From positions 1 to 64,000 of the IMG/VR virus record IMGVR_UViG_3300022074_000013: a stretch of DNA of 64,000 nucleotides, one strand, 5' to 3'. The notes beneath the pieces were generated by a model, which had not been told where the DNA came from, made no database searches, and saw nothing but the letters and a program-made list of their open reading frames with translations. Positions within the stretch are counted from its first letter, which is position 1. Every line of letters begins with the position of its first letter. Shown piece after piece: positions 19,401-28,548 of this stretch. The DNA is from a virus. The position numbers and the translations under genes were made by a program.

Positions 19401-22400
19401 GGTGACTTCTTTGACGTAAATTCATACAGTGGTATCGATTATGAAACTATTCCTAGATACGTTCCAAGTAAAGTAGACTTAGGTGGTTTAGAACCTGACG
19501 GTGAGTTTGAATTAGCAGACGCAGTAGACTTTAGACCAGTATTAGGACAACTATTAGGTACAACTACTTTTGGTTCAGCAACACCTAACCCCGAATCACC
19601 AATTAATATTAGTAATACGACTTCGGGTATTGTTTCATCACCATTTGCATATGCAAGTAAATCATTTGAATCTGCTGTAACAGGTATCTCAGCAACAGGT
19701 GCTAGTGCGGTAGACGTACCAGTGCCAGGCTCAAACGTAGTTGGTGATATTAGTTTCTATGTTGGAAGAATTGACAAAGTCTTCTTACACAAAGACGGTG
19801 AATTCCAAATAGCTCAAGGAACACCTGCATTGACTCCTATGAAACCAAAAGGTATTGACGATGCAATTGAATTATACGAGTTAAGAATTCCACCTTACAC
19901 AGACGATTTAAAGAGAGTAAGATTAAGAAGTGTAGACCATAGAAGGTTTACAATGAAAGATATCGGTAAGATATCAAATCGTGTTGCTAACTTAGAAAGA
20001 TTAACAACACTATCTCTATTAGAAAGAGATACACAAACAATGCAGTTTAAAGATGCAGACGGATTTGATAGATTCAAATCAGGTTTTGTTGTGGATTCAT
20101 TTAAAGGACATAATGTCGGAGACGTTAACCATATAGATTATAATTGTTCAGTCGATACGAAATCAGGCGTACTGAGACCTAAGAACTTCCAAAACTTCTT
20201 CGATATTGAATTCGATTCAGTTAACAGTTCAGAGTTTCAAAAGACGGGTGACTTAATTACTTTACCTTATACAAGTACAACTTATGTAAATCAAAGTAAA
20301 GCGTCAAGGGCAATGAATGTTAACCCTTATCACGTATTTGCATTTATTGGAAATGTAAGTCTGACTCCTGCTTCTGATATATGGCAAGACCAAACACAAT
20401 TACCCGAAGTAAGAATAAACAGAGAAGGTAACTTTGACGCATTGTTAGCTGAAAGTGCAGACCTTGGAACTGTTTGGAATGCATGGCAAACAAACTGGGT
20501 AGGAGAACCTACAACTGTGTCTACAGAGGTTCTATCGACTTCTAGTGGTTCATGGAGTGGTGACCCAGCACAAGGTGGTGAATGGGTATCGGGTACAGAA
20601 GTATCAAGAGAAATAACAAATACGATTGAAACACAAAGTAGAACTGGTATTAGAACTACTGTAGTAGAAGATTTTGTAGAAGATAGAAATGACAGAGTTG
20701 TAAGTATATCTGTTATTCCATTTATACGTGCTCAAACAATTGAGATTGACGCAGTAAACTTAAAACCTGATTCATTCCATTACGTATTCTTTGACCAACA
20801 AGACGTAAACAGATTCGTAAGACCATTCAATGCAACTTATTCTCAGGACGGTGGAACAGGTGTTACATCAGGAATTAAAGCAGATGGTAACGGTAGAGTT
20901 CGTGCATACTTTGATTTACCTAATAATGGGCCAGATAGATTCCCTACAGGTCAAAGAGACTTAAAAGTAACGTCAAGTGTATACAATGAATCTAACCCTT
21001 CATCGGGTGGTCAAGCACAATTTAGTGCTCAAGGTTTACTACAAACTAATCAAACAGAAATTATTTCTACTAGAAATGGTAGAACTATAGTAGGTGCTAC
21101 AGCGGGTGAAAGACAGATAACAAGACGTGGTGAACAAATGAACTCACGTAATGTGGATACTGACGCACCACCAGTACCATTACCTGACCCTAATTTTCCA
21201 GCAACTCCACCAGCGGAACCTGACCCACCAAGGGAAGACCCGCCGTTGCCACCGCCACCAATACCTAACATAAATCTACCGTTAAACATAGATTTTGATT
21301 TTGATTTCAATGTATTTGAATTTGGTGGGTGGATGGATCCGCTTGCACAATCATTCTTAGTTGATAAAAGTGGTGGTATGTACTTAACAGAAGTAGACTT
21401 GTTCTTTAAAACTAAAGACGAGAGTTTACCTGTATCTGTAGAAATTAGAAACATGGTTAATGGATATCCTGGCCAAATTATATTACCGTTCTCAGAGGTT
21501 ACAAAAAATCCTGCAGACGTTAATTTGTCACAGGACGGTTCAGTTTCTACAACATTCACATTCCAAAGTCCAGTATTCTTAGAACAGAATCAAGAATATT
21601 GTTTTGTAGTTCTTTCAAACTCTAACAAGTATGAAGCATTCATTTCAAGAATGGGTGAAACAGACTTAGTAACAGGACAAACAATTTCAGGACAACCATA
21701 TGCTGGTTCATTATTCGCATCTCAAAATGCTTCAACATGGACTGCAGAACAAACAGATGACCTCAAGTTCCATTTGAAGTATGCAAGGTTTGATATTTCT
21801 AAGAGACCTATTGTTAAATTTAATAACAAAGCATTAGAAGCTTCACCTTTACAAAATAATCCAATCGAATCATATGCTGGTGAAAACTACGTAAGAGTTT
21901 ATGCATATGGACACGGTATGTATGATAATTCTTCTAACGCTGTTATAGCGGGAGTTACAGGAGAAAAAACTGGTGCGATTATAAACATAGAAGCAGAAGG
22001 TTCAATAGCAACAACTGGAACCATGGGTTCTACTTCAACAGGAGTTGCGACAACTACTGACGGTTCAGGAACAGGTTGTAAATTAGATATCACTGTATCA
22101 AGTGGAAGTATAACTTCAATTAAAATTGCAGACCCTGGCTTTGGATATACAACTTCAAACAAACTAACAGTAACAAACTTTGGTAGTGCAACTAACACAG
22201 TAGAAATTGACATTGACACAGTAGACCAAACAATCGGTGGTATTCCAATATCATGTATCAATGGAACATACACCGCTATCTCAGGAACAGACATTGATAG
22301 TTATACGGTAATACCTGACTTGTCTAGTACAGACCTTAAAACAGGTTATGTTGCTCTAGAAAGCACACAAAGTGGTGGTGGAAACGCAACCGCACAAAGA

Positions 22401-23159
22401 AACTATTACTTCGATACAATACACACAATGATACCAAGTGTTCAATTGAAAGGAACATTGTTGCATACTAATATTAGAACAACTGCAATGAAATCGCCAG
22501 AAGGTGTTGGTGGAACTGCATATGTTAAAAACAATACTGCAGAGTTTATCACATTAAATGATAACCACTTCTTAGACCAACCTTCGATTGTTGCTTCACC
22601 TATCAATGAAACTAATGAAATGGCAAGTGTGAAGTCATTTACTTGTACTTTGCAAATGCAATCACCTAGGGGTAACTTGTCACCAATGATTGACATTTCT
22701 TCTTTAGGTGCATTAGGTATCATGAACAGATTAAATAACATAGACAGTAGTTCAGATGTACCTACAGGAATCACATATGTTGATTCTACGGAACCCGATG
22801 GTGACAACAATGCATTTGTATACTGTACAAGAAAGGCGTCTCTGGCTACGCCTGGCACCGCCGTGAAGGTAATGTTAGACGGATTTAGACCTTCGGGAAC
22901 TGATTTAAAAGTTCTTTACAAGGTGTTAGAAAACGATAACTCGACACCATTCGATGATATCGGTTGGAGATATTTTAATACAGACGGTTCGCCAGATATC
23001 GCTGTAGGAAATGACGCAAGAAACTTTAAAGAATATAATTATACTCAAGAGGGACTAGCAGAGTTCTCAGCATTTGCAATTAAGATTGTAGGACAGTCAA
23101 CTAATACTTCCACAGTCCCACTTGTAAGTAACCTGAGAGCGATTGCATTAGCAACATAA
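16497..23159 (+). CDS. Giant VrlC/DUF4815-like virion structural protein
   Basis: NVSPYYDDYD..YHKVLYRPSRPIQARELTQAQSILQNQIERFG, RRFTMKDIGKI..R, RFKSGFVVDSF, DPLAQSF; 2220 aa. Confidence 0.82.
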   Translation: MPEKVDLNVSPYYDDYDEDKKYHKVLYRPSRPIQARELTQAQSILQNQIERFGDHMFKEGSIITGAESNVDMDVMYVKVESTNPNGLGTTGVENYRTTFDNKYLQGETTGAVAQVVTSYAETSTDPITYIVRMYKSGSDTNNSIRFSAGEELKEVTIDANGSASSASNNNELKIKDSTHTPVGRSSLAEIQEGIIFTRGFFTKVNQQQITLEKYSGAPSYRVGLEIAETLVGSSTDSTLFDNAQGSSNENAAGADRLKIELTLAKHLIDSTTDANFIELMRVNNGIMELSIQRPEYNAFANLLAQRTFDTSGDFIVNQFVPNLKEHLDDGTNGGVYSTINGGDESKFVVKTSAGKAYVKGYQVDKLVGSTIPIRKARSTASLTGASTPVRLGNFVKVINSHGLPEFGNESGTDAQKPYGIVKLFDAVTATPGTENTSGQIGFARIRNFDMATAGTSNSSEVWDNATRFNAYLFDIKMFTKLKYSAHSGTAVVGDKITGSVSGATAIVGYDDGSGALYVHDVVGTFTSADAISSTNGSFAMSAGQHTGENFRGTANEVRTYNIDRVRGISQAPNVTARETFTADIYTDQDFILTGQVSMSSTSVTGFATKFTAELKEGDIVIDGAGNERVISSITSDIAATLTGAVGTALTNANATRRRTRVFDQEQVASIFAWPRDYVKTHTPDQVQVRRSQNVTLSSGTITLTCGSGESFSTRTDDNYIFSVVEAQTSGSPTLVNGDMVDVVNNLSGAPFTDTISGNNLEFSGFPTADDGAILKVTFTVDINSPVNRDKSLKQARCLSVVNSRTTGGFYGTCYNDKEISLGVADVFKVRAIYEGNGATAPLPPSGTITETSSPAIPFQSFEVIKGNTSDARAVIVNYNGSTNKSYFYYTTLNKTFIEGEVLVGQTSKATGNLTNFDQGATNITDRYYFDDGQRDGFYDHGRLQLKPGNPTANNQILVLLDYFTSSGNGDFFDVNSYSGIDYETIPRYVPSKVDLGGLEPDGEFELADAVDFRPVLGQLLGTTTFGSATPNPESPINISNTTSGIVSSPFAYASKSFESAVTGISATGASAVDVPVPGSNVVGDISFYVGRIDKVFLHKDGEFQIAQGTPALTPMKPKGIDDAIELYELRIPPYTDDLKRVRLRSVDHRRFTMKDIGKISNRVANLERLTTLSLLERDTQTMQFKDADGFDRFKSGFVVDSFKGHNVGDVNHIDYNCSVDTKSGVLRPKNFQNFFDIEFDSVNSSEFQKTGDLITLPYTSTTYVNQSKASRAMNVNPYHVFAFIGNVSLTPASDIWQDQTQLPEVRINREGNFDALLAESADLGTVWNAWQTNWVGEPTTVSTEVLSTSSGSWSGDPAQGGEWVSGTEVSREITNTIETQSRTGIRTTVVEDFVEDRNDRVVSISVIPFIRAQTIEIDAVNLKPDSFHYVFFDQQDVNRFVRPFNATYSQDGGTGVTSGIKADGNGRVRAYFDLPNNGPDRFPTGQRDLKVTSSVYNESNPSSGGQAQFSAQGLLQTNQTEIISTRNGRTIVGATAGERQITRRGEQMNSRNVDTDAPPVPLPDPNFPATPPAEPDPPREDPPLPPPPIPNINLPLNIDFDFDFNVFEFGGWMDPLAQSFLVDKSGGMYLTEVDLFFKTKDESLPVSVEIRNMVNGYPGQIILPFSEVTKNPADVNLSQDGSVSTTFTFQSPVFLEQNQEYCFVVLSNSNKYEAFISRMGETDLVTGQTISGQPYAGSLFASQNASTWTAEQTDDLKFHLKYARFDISKRPIVKFNNKALEASPLQNNPIESYAGENYVRVYAYGHGMYDNSSNAVIAGVTGEKTGAIINIEAEGSIATTGTMGSTSTGVATTTDGSGTGCKLDITVSSGSITSIKIADPGFGYTTSNKLTVTNFGSATNTVEIDIDTVDQTIGGIPISCINGTYTAISGTDIDSYTVIPDLSSTDLKTGYVALESTQSGGGNATAQRNYYFDTIHTMIPSVQLKGTLLHTNIRTTAMKSPEGVGGTAYVKNNTAEFITLNDNHFLDQPSIVASPINETNEMASVKSFTCTLQMQSPRGNLSPMIDISSLGALGIMNRLNNIDSSSDVPTGITYVDSTEPDGDNNAFVYCTRKASLATPGTAVKVMLDGFRPSGTDLKVLYKVLENDNSTPFDDIGWRYFNTDGSPDIAVGNDARNFKEYNYTQEGLAEFSAFAIKIVGQSTNTSTVPLVSNLRAIALAT

Positions 23160-23163
23160 TATT

Positions 23164-23403
23164 ATGTCAAAGTTCGCTTACGAAAAAGGACATGCAAAAG
23201 TAGAAGGACATTCGACTCTACTTAGAGAAGAAAGTTCAAGTGCGATTATTAATAATGATATCAACGGATATCAAGCTGCTATTAGAAGAAAAAAAGTTTT
23301 TCAAATACAGCGAGAGGAAATAAATACTTTAAAAGTAGAAATGACAGAGATAAAACAACTATTAGGTGAAATATTAGAGAGAACAAATGGCAAAAACGAT
23401 TGA
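23164..23403 (+). CDS. Small conserved coiled-coil protein
   Basis: KVEGHSTLLREESSSAIIN...EINTLKVEMTEIKQLL; typical gene after the VrlC-like protein. Confidence 0.7.
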   Translation: MSKFAYEKGHAKVEGHSTLLREESSSAIINNDINGYQAAIRRKKVFQIQREEINTLKVEMTEIKQLLGEILERTNGKND

Positions 23404-24976
23404 CCAATTTAGTACGTTAGAAAACTTTAGAACTCGTTACAACGATTTAGCAAATGACGTTGGGGATATCTCTGGCTTAAGAACAGACGTTACAGGAAAC
23501 CTAATAGACGCAATCAATAGTATAGAAGATAAAACATTCTTCTATCAAGAGTTTCTTTATACTGCGACCAGTGGACAAACTGCATTTACAGGAAATGACG
23601 CATTTAGTAATGACCTAGTATTCAAGAAAGATAGAATACAGGTTTATAAAAATGGTGCATTGTTAAGAGTTGGTGACGACTATGTTTTAGCAAGTCAACA
23701 ATCAGACGGAACATTCAAACAGATTACACTTATTTCAGGTGCTACCACAGGTGATAAAATCGCAATCCATGCCTTTACTGGTTCATTCTTAACAGTTCAA
23801 GGTGGTGGTGTCGGTGGTAGTTCTCTATTTACAGAAACTGCAAACAATACAATCTTTAACCATAATAGTAATGGTATAGTATTAAACGCAACCAATACTC
23901 CTTCTATCACTTCATTAGATACTGGTATAAACATTCAGTTAGAAGGTGTAACTAAAGTTGACGGTAATCTATCAGTTGATACTGGTCATACATTTACTGC
24001 TCCAACAATTACAGACGGAACAGGAACATTTACTGGTGGTAATGGTACTGGTTGGACAAGTATAACTTCTACTTCGTTTGCTGGTAACTTAACAGGTAAC
24101 GTTGCAGGTGATACTACAGGAACACACATTGGGCCGTTGAGTTCAAGTTCAGGTAATATTCAAGTTAATTCAGCAACATACATAACAGAATTTAGAGGTG
24201 GTGGTTCAACCGAAGGACAGATTAGACTTAACTGTCATGTTAACTCTCATGGTCAAACTATTAGACCTCAACCACATAGTGAAGGTGTTACAAATACATT
24301 AACACTTCCTGCAGGTGGTGACCAAGAATTAGTTGGTACAACTGATACTCAGACTTTAACAAATAAAACTATTACAGGTACATTTACAGGAACTTTAACA
24401 GGTACAACTTCTGATATTTCTAATCATAGTATTACAGGATTGAGTGACGTTGGTGGAAGTGCCCCAAGTGACGGACAGATACTTGTTTATAGTTCAAGTA
24501 ATAGCAGATACGAAGCTACAGACCAAAATACTTCTGACAGTGTGACAGAAGGTTCAAGTAATTTATATTTTACAAACGAAAGAGTTGACGATAGAGTTAA
24601 TGCACTGATAGTTGGTGGAACAGGTATAGCAACTGTATATGACGATGCAAGTAACACATTAACAATTAATGGTTCTGCTCAATACGGTAATGAAGATGTC
24701 CTAGATTTCTTAGGTGGCGGTGGACTAGTAGGTGGAAATGGTATAGATTTAACTTATAATGATTCCGCTAATACATTAACCATTCACAGTGATATTGAAG
24801 GTGGTGCTGGTATGCTTGCAACTACAGAAGCTACAGGAGAAAACACCATAAATATCGGCGCAGGTAAAGGTATAAAAGTCAATGCAGATGATGTGCAAAT
24901 TGACTACGAAGTAACTAACTCAGCTCCAGGCTCAGTTGGTTCAACTTCTGACGGTCACCTTTGGTTTGTGATATAG
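23387..24976 (+). CDS. Tail fibre / whisker-like protein
   Basis: N-terminal TLENFRTRYN coiled coil, G/T/S-rich shaft, TEGSSNLYFTNERVDDRV module, C-terminal APGS..DGHLWFVI. Confidence 0.7.
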   Translation: MAKTIDQFSTLENFRTRYNDLANDVGDISGLRTDVTGNLIDAINSIEDKTFFYQEFLYTATSGQTAFTGNDAFSNDLVFKKDRIQVYKNGALLRVGDDYVLASQQSDGTFKQITLISGATTGDKIAIHAFTGSFLTVQGGGVGGSSLFTETANNTIFNHNSNGIVLNATNTPSITSLDTGINIQLEGVTKVDGNLSVDTGHTFTAPTITDGTGTFTGGNGTGWTSITSTSFAGNLTGNVAGDTTGTHIGPLSSSSGNIQVNSATYITEFRGGGSTEGQIRLNCHVNSHGQTIRPQPHSEGVTNTLTLPAGGDQELVGTTDTQTLTNKTITGTFTGTLTGTTSDISNHSITGLSDVGGSAPSDGQILVYSSSNSRYEATDQNTSDSVTEGSSNLYFTNERVDDRVNALIVGGTGIATVYDDASNTLTINGSAQYGNEDVLDFLGGGGLVGGNGIDLTYNDSANTLTIHSDIEGGAGMLATTEATGENTINIGAGKGIKVNADDVQIDYEVTNSAPGSVGSTSDGHLWFVI

Positions 24977-24993
24977 TGAATGAGTAATGTGTA

Positions 24994-26406
24994 ATGTCAG
25001 ACGAAATATATATAAACACCAAGAACACTCCGCATAGTCAACTAGGACAATTAGGTAGTTCAGGCAATTTTCAACAACCGTATCAAGGTCAAGCAGCTGT
25101 TACGGGTACTTTGCAGGCACAAAGAGCTGTAACTGGTCAAACTCCGACTACTTATCAGGCAAGATATCCATTTACTTACCAAGCAAACGCACGTGGAAGA
25201 TATCCATATCCTGCAAACTCTCAGACGCCATATCCTGCTTCAGCACAAGGACAATATCCATTTACTTATCCTGCGATAGGACAAAATCCCTATACGTTTG
25301 AATATATCGCAAGATATCCATTCGCTTATCAAGCAAGGTATCCGTATCCTGCAAACTATACAGCACAGGGAAGATATCCTGCTAATGCAAGTGGTACATA
25401 TCCTTATCAACAAAATTATCAAATAGCATATACTTTTCCGTATACCTATAGCGCCCGTAGACCTAGTCCTGCTAACCACCGTGGTACATATCCATATTCA
25501 GCGAGGACACAGGTAGTCAATAGGGCAAGATATCCGTTTACTACATCTACTCCCCTTTTTGGGCCTCACGGATATCAAGTTCCATATCCGTTCTTTTTTA
25601 GTTTTGACCCTAAAGACCCAGGCACAAATGCCCAAGGTCGAAGGCCTGCTAATAGACAAGGATATTATCAAGGGTCACAGAATGTAAGAGGTCGTACACC
25701 TTCTATTGCCAATGGAAGAAGACCTGTAAATGGTACAACTCCTTGGCCAGAACCTGAATTGAATTCACAGTTTCCGATTCCTTATGCGTATCAACAGCCT
25801 TATTCGTTTACTCCAAGAACACAACAACCATATATTGCAACTGGAAGATATCCATTTACACAGCAAAGTCAACAACCTTATATTACCAATGGGCAGGGAC
25901 AGGGTAGTACACAACACCAAAAAAATGCTCAAGGGCCTTATCCATTCACTTATCAAGCAAGATATCCATACCCTGCAACTTACCAAGCAAGAGGAAGATA
26001 TCCTGCTAGTGCACGTGGTATGTATCCAGCTCAAGCAAATGGACAACAACCGTTTAGTTATCAAGCAAACGCACGTGGAAGATATCCATTCATTTATACT
26101 GCACGTCAGCCAGGCACTTATCAAGCACAGGGAAGGTATCCATTTACATATCCTGCAAATGCTAGAGGAAGATATCCTGCTAGTGCACAGAATCCATATC
26201 CGTTCCAGCAGAACTATCAACAAAATTATATTTTCCAACAACCATATTCTACAACTAGAAGTATTGGTGCAGCTGCCAAAGTTAAAGCGGTGTACTTGAA
26301 TGACGCTGGAACTTTAAGAAAATTACAAGAAGTATATGTAAATAATCAAGGAACACTAGAAAAAACTCACCAAACAGTTCCAGCAGCTCAATTTAGTAAA
26401 TCATAA
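24994..26406 (+). CDS. Tyr/Pro/Gln/Arg-rich mirror-repeat protein A (putative fibre-tip filament/adhesin)
   Basis: 470 aa built from YQARYPFT, ANARGRYP and QQNYQ motifs in mirror register; paralogue of 32779-34152. Confidence 0.7.
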   Translation: MSDEIYINTKNTPHSQLGQLGSSGNFQQPYQGQAAVTGTLQAQRAVTGQTPTTYQARYPFTYQANARGRYPYPANSQTPYPASAQGQYPFTYPAIGQNPYTFEYIARYPFAYQARYPYPANYTAQGRYPANASGTYPYQQNYQIAYTFPYTYSARRPSPANHRGTYPYSARTQVVNRARYPFTTSTPLFGPHGYQVPYPFFFSFDPKDPGTNAQGRRPANRQGYYQGSQNVRGRTPSIANGRRPVNGTTPWPEPELNSQFPIPYAYQQPYSFTPRTQQPYIATGRYPFTQQSQQPYITNGQGQGSTQHQKNAQGPYPFTYQARYPYPATYQARGRYPASARGMYPAQANGQQPFSYQANARGRYPFIYTARQPGTYQAQGRYPFTYPANARGRYPASAQNPYPFQQNYQQNYIFQQPYSTTRSIGAAAKVKAVYLNDAGTLRKLQEVYVNNQGTLEKTHQTVPAAQFSKS

Positions 26407-26410
26407 TAGG

Positions 26411-26418
26411 TATAAATA
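26411..26418 (+). promoter_or_regulatory. Late promoter
   Basis: TATAAATA. Confidence 0.85.
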
Positions 26419-26423
26419 GTTAA

Positions 26424-26756
26424 ATGGCAATAATCGCAAACATATTCATAGACCAAGGTACAGACTTTGCTATACAAGTTGACCTAACAGATACAGTAGG
26501 TGATGTATTGAATCTCACTGGATTTACTGCGACTGCCCAATTAAGAAAAACATATGGTTCTTCAAATGCGGCCGCAACCTTTACATGTTCACATAATGGA
26601 GTTGGTGGAACAGTTACAATGACATTAACTGATACTATTACAACTGCTTTAGAAGCAGGAAGATATGTATATGATTTATTGATAACGGACAGTGGCGGTT
26701 CAATAAGTCGTGTCGTTGAAGGACAAGCAACAGTAACGCCAGGCGTAACGAGGTAA
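26424..26756 (+). CDS. Small Ig-like virion protein (BppU N-terminal-like)
   Basis: IFIDQGTDF..LTGFTATAQLRK..GRYVYDLLI..RVVEGQATVTPGVT; late promoter upstream. Confidence 0.7.
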   Translation: MAIIANIFIDQGTDFAIQVDLTDTVGDVLNLTGFTATAQLRKTYGSSNAAATFTCSHNGVGGTVTMTLTDTITTALEAGRYVYDLLITDSGGSISRVVEGQATVTPGVTR

Positions 26757-26758
26757 AC

Positions 26759-26965
26759 ATGGCAATTAAAGGAAAACTTAGAGGAACAGGAAATATCAAA
26801 GTACAAACTTTAAAAGTTGGAGTTACAGACGTTAATCTATCAGCAAAATCCATTCAGGAACTACAAGACGTAGAAGCTTCAGAAACTGATAAAGGGTATC
26901 TACAATACGACCAAACCACCGATAAGTGGAAAACTACCACAGTCATTGACGGTGGCACTTTCTAA
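26759..26965 (+). CDS. Small fibre-associated protein ending IDGGTF
   Basis: LQDV...GYLQYDQTTDKW fibre module followed by IDGGTF. Confidence 0.65.
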   Translation: MAIKGKLRGTGNIKVQTLKVGVTDVNLSAKSIQELQDVEASETDKGYLQYDQTTDKWKTTTVIDGGTF

Positions 26966-26968
26966 TCG

Positions 26969-26976
26969 TATAAATA
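26969..26976 (+). promoter_or_regulatory. Late promoter (fibre gene 27095)
   Basis: TATAAATA. Confidence 0.85.
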
Positions 26977-27094
26977 GTATAAGACACATATCAAGGGAAC
27001 AACCAGTGAGTTCCGACCCACATTGTGAGTGGATAGGTTCATTATGGATATACCCATGTGGGATTAATAACAGAATTATACGAGGAAAAAATAA

Positions 27095-28528
27095 ATGGCA
27101 ACAGTAATTCAAATTAAAAGAACGACTGGTGTTTCTAGCCCTACAGTATCGGATTTAGCAGAAGCGGAATTGGCGTATGTCCAAGACCGTTCTAATGACG
27201 GTGCGTCCTCAAAGTTGTTCATTGAGTCTGTAGATTCAAGTTCAAACCCAGTTATACATGAAATTGGTGGTAAATTTTTTACTGATATCATAAAGGGTTC
27301 TACACCCACACCTGCTAACTTAATTGTTGGTAATGGTGCGACTGCTGGTGCAGAGATTCAACTTAGAGAAGATTCTGACAACGGTACAAACTATGTTGCT
27401 TTGAAATCGCCAAATGCGGTTGGTTCAAATGTAACATTTACACTGATGGGTGCAGACGGTTCTGCTAATCAGGTAATTGAAACCGATGGTTCAGGAAATT
27501 TAGGTTTTAGGACAGTAACATCAACAATTGACGGTGCAACAGACACTAATATCACTTCAGCAGCTGACGGTGCAATGTTACTGTATGATACAGGAACATC
27601 TAAGTGGATAGATAACGTAATGTCAGGTGACGCTACTATGGCGGACACTGGTGTTATGACTATCTCAAATGACGCAGTCACACTTGCTAAAATTGCAGAC
27701 GCAGTTATTATTACAGAATCAGAAGGTATCTCAAGTAATGATGTAGATACGGGGTTCCCAACAGCGGCTGCTGTTAAGGACTATGTTGATTCAAACATAA
27801 CTGCTCAAGATTTAGACGTTACAGGTGATTCAGGAACAGGTGCGGTAGACTTAGATTCTCAAGCGCTAAATATCGTAGGAACAACAAACGAGATTGTAAC
27901 TTCTGCGAGTGGACAAACAATCACAGTAGCTTTACCTGATGACGTAACTGTAGGAAATAGTCTAACAGTAACAGGTAACTTAACGGTTAACGGTACTACC
28001 ACAACTGTTAACTCAACAACTACAACAGTAGACGACCCAATCTTTACAGTTGGTGGAGACAGTGCTCCTGGCTCAGACGACAACAAAGACAGAGGTATCG
28101 AGTTTAGATACCATGACGGTTCTTCTGCTAAAATTGGTTTCTTTGGATATGACGATTCAGTAAATAAGTTTACGTTTATCTCAGACGCTACAAACACTTC
28201 CGAAGTATTTTCAGGTTCAGCAGGTAATGTTGCATTTGGAAACATGGAAGGTGTTGGTTTAGCATTAAGTGGTTCAATAACTTCTGTAGACGGTTCTGCA
28301 CCAACTAACGGTCAGATTCTAATGGGACATACTTCAAATGGAGATATGCAATTAGGAACAATCACTGCAGGTGAAGGTATTGACGTAACTAATGGTGCTG
28401 GTAGCATAACAATTACGGGAGAAGACGCAACAACGTCAAACAAAGGTATCGCAAGTTTTGCTAGTGCAAACTTTACAGTATCAAGTGGTGCAGTAACTAT
28501 CACTGGTATTGACGGTGGGACATTTTAA
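27095..28528 (+). CDS. Tail fibre protein
   Basis: MATVIQIKR..LAEAELAY N-terminus, GNLTVNGTTTTVNST..DNKDRGIEF module, ends IDGGTF. Confidence 0.75.
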   Translation: MATVIQIKRTTGVSSPTVSDLAEAELAYVQDRSNDGASSKLFIESVDSSSNPVIHEIGGKFFTDIIKGSTPTPANLIVGNGATAGAEIQLREDSDNGTNYVALKSPNAVGSNVTFTLMGADGSANQVIETDGSGNLGFRTVTSTIDGATDTNITSAADGAMLLYDTGTSKWIDNVMSGDATMADTGVMTISNDAVTLAKIADAVIITESEGISSNDVDTGFPTAAAVKDYVDSNITAQDLDVTGDSGTGAVDLDSQALNIVGTTNEIVTSASGQTITVALPDDVTVGNSLTVTGNLTVNGTTTTVNSTTTTVDDPIFTVGGDSAPGSDDNKDRGIEFRYHDGSSAKIGFFGYDDSVNKFTFISDATNTSEVFSGSAGNVAFGNMEGVGLALSGSITSVDGSAPTNGQILMGHTSNGDMQLGTITAGEGIDVTNGAGSITITGEDATTSNKGIASFASANFTVSSGAVTITGIDGGTF

Positions 28529-28548
28529 TTATTAGAATAGGGTAATAC

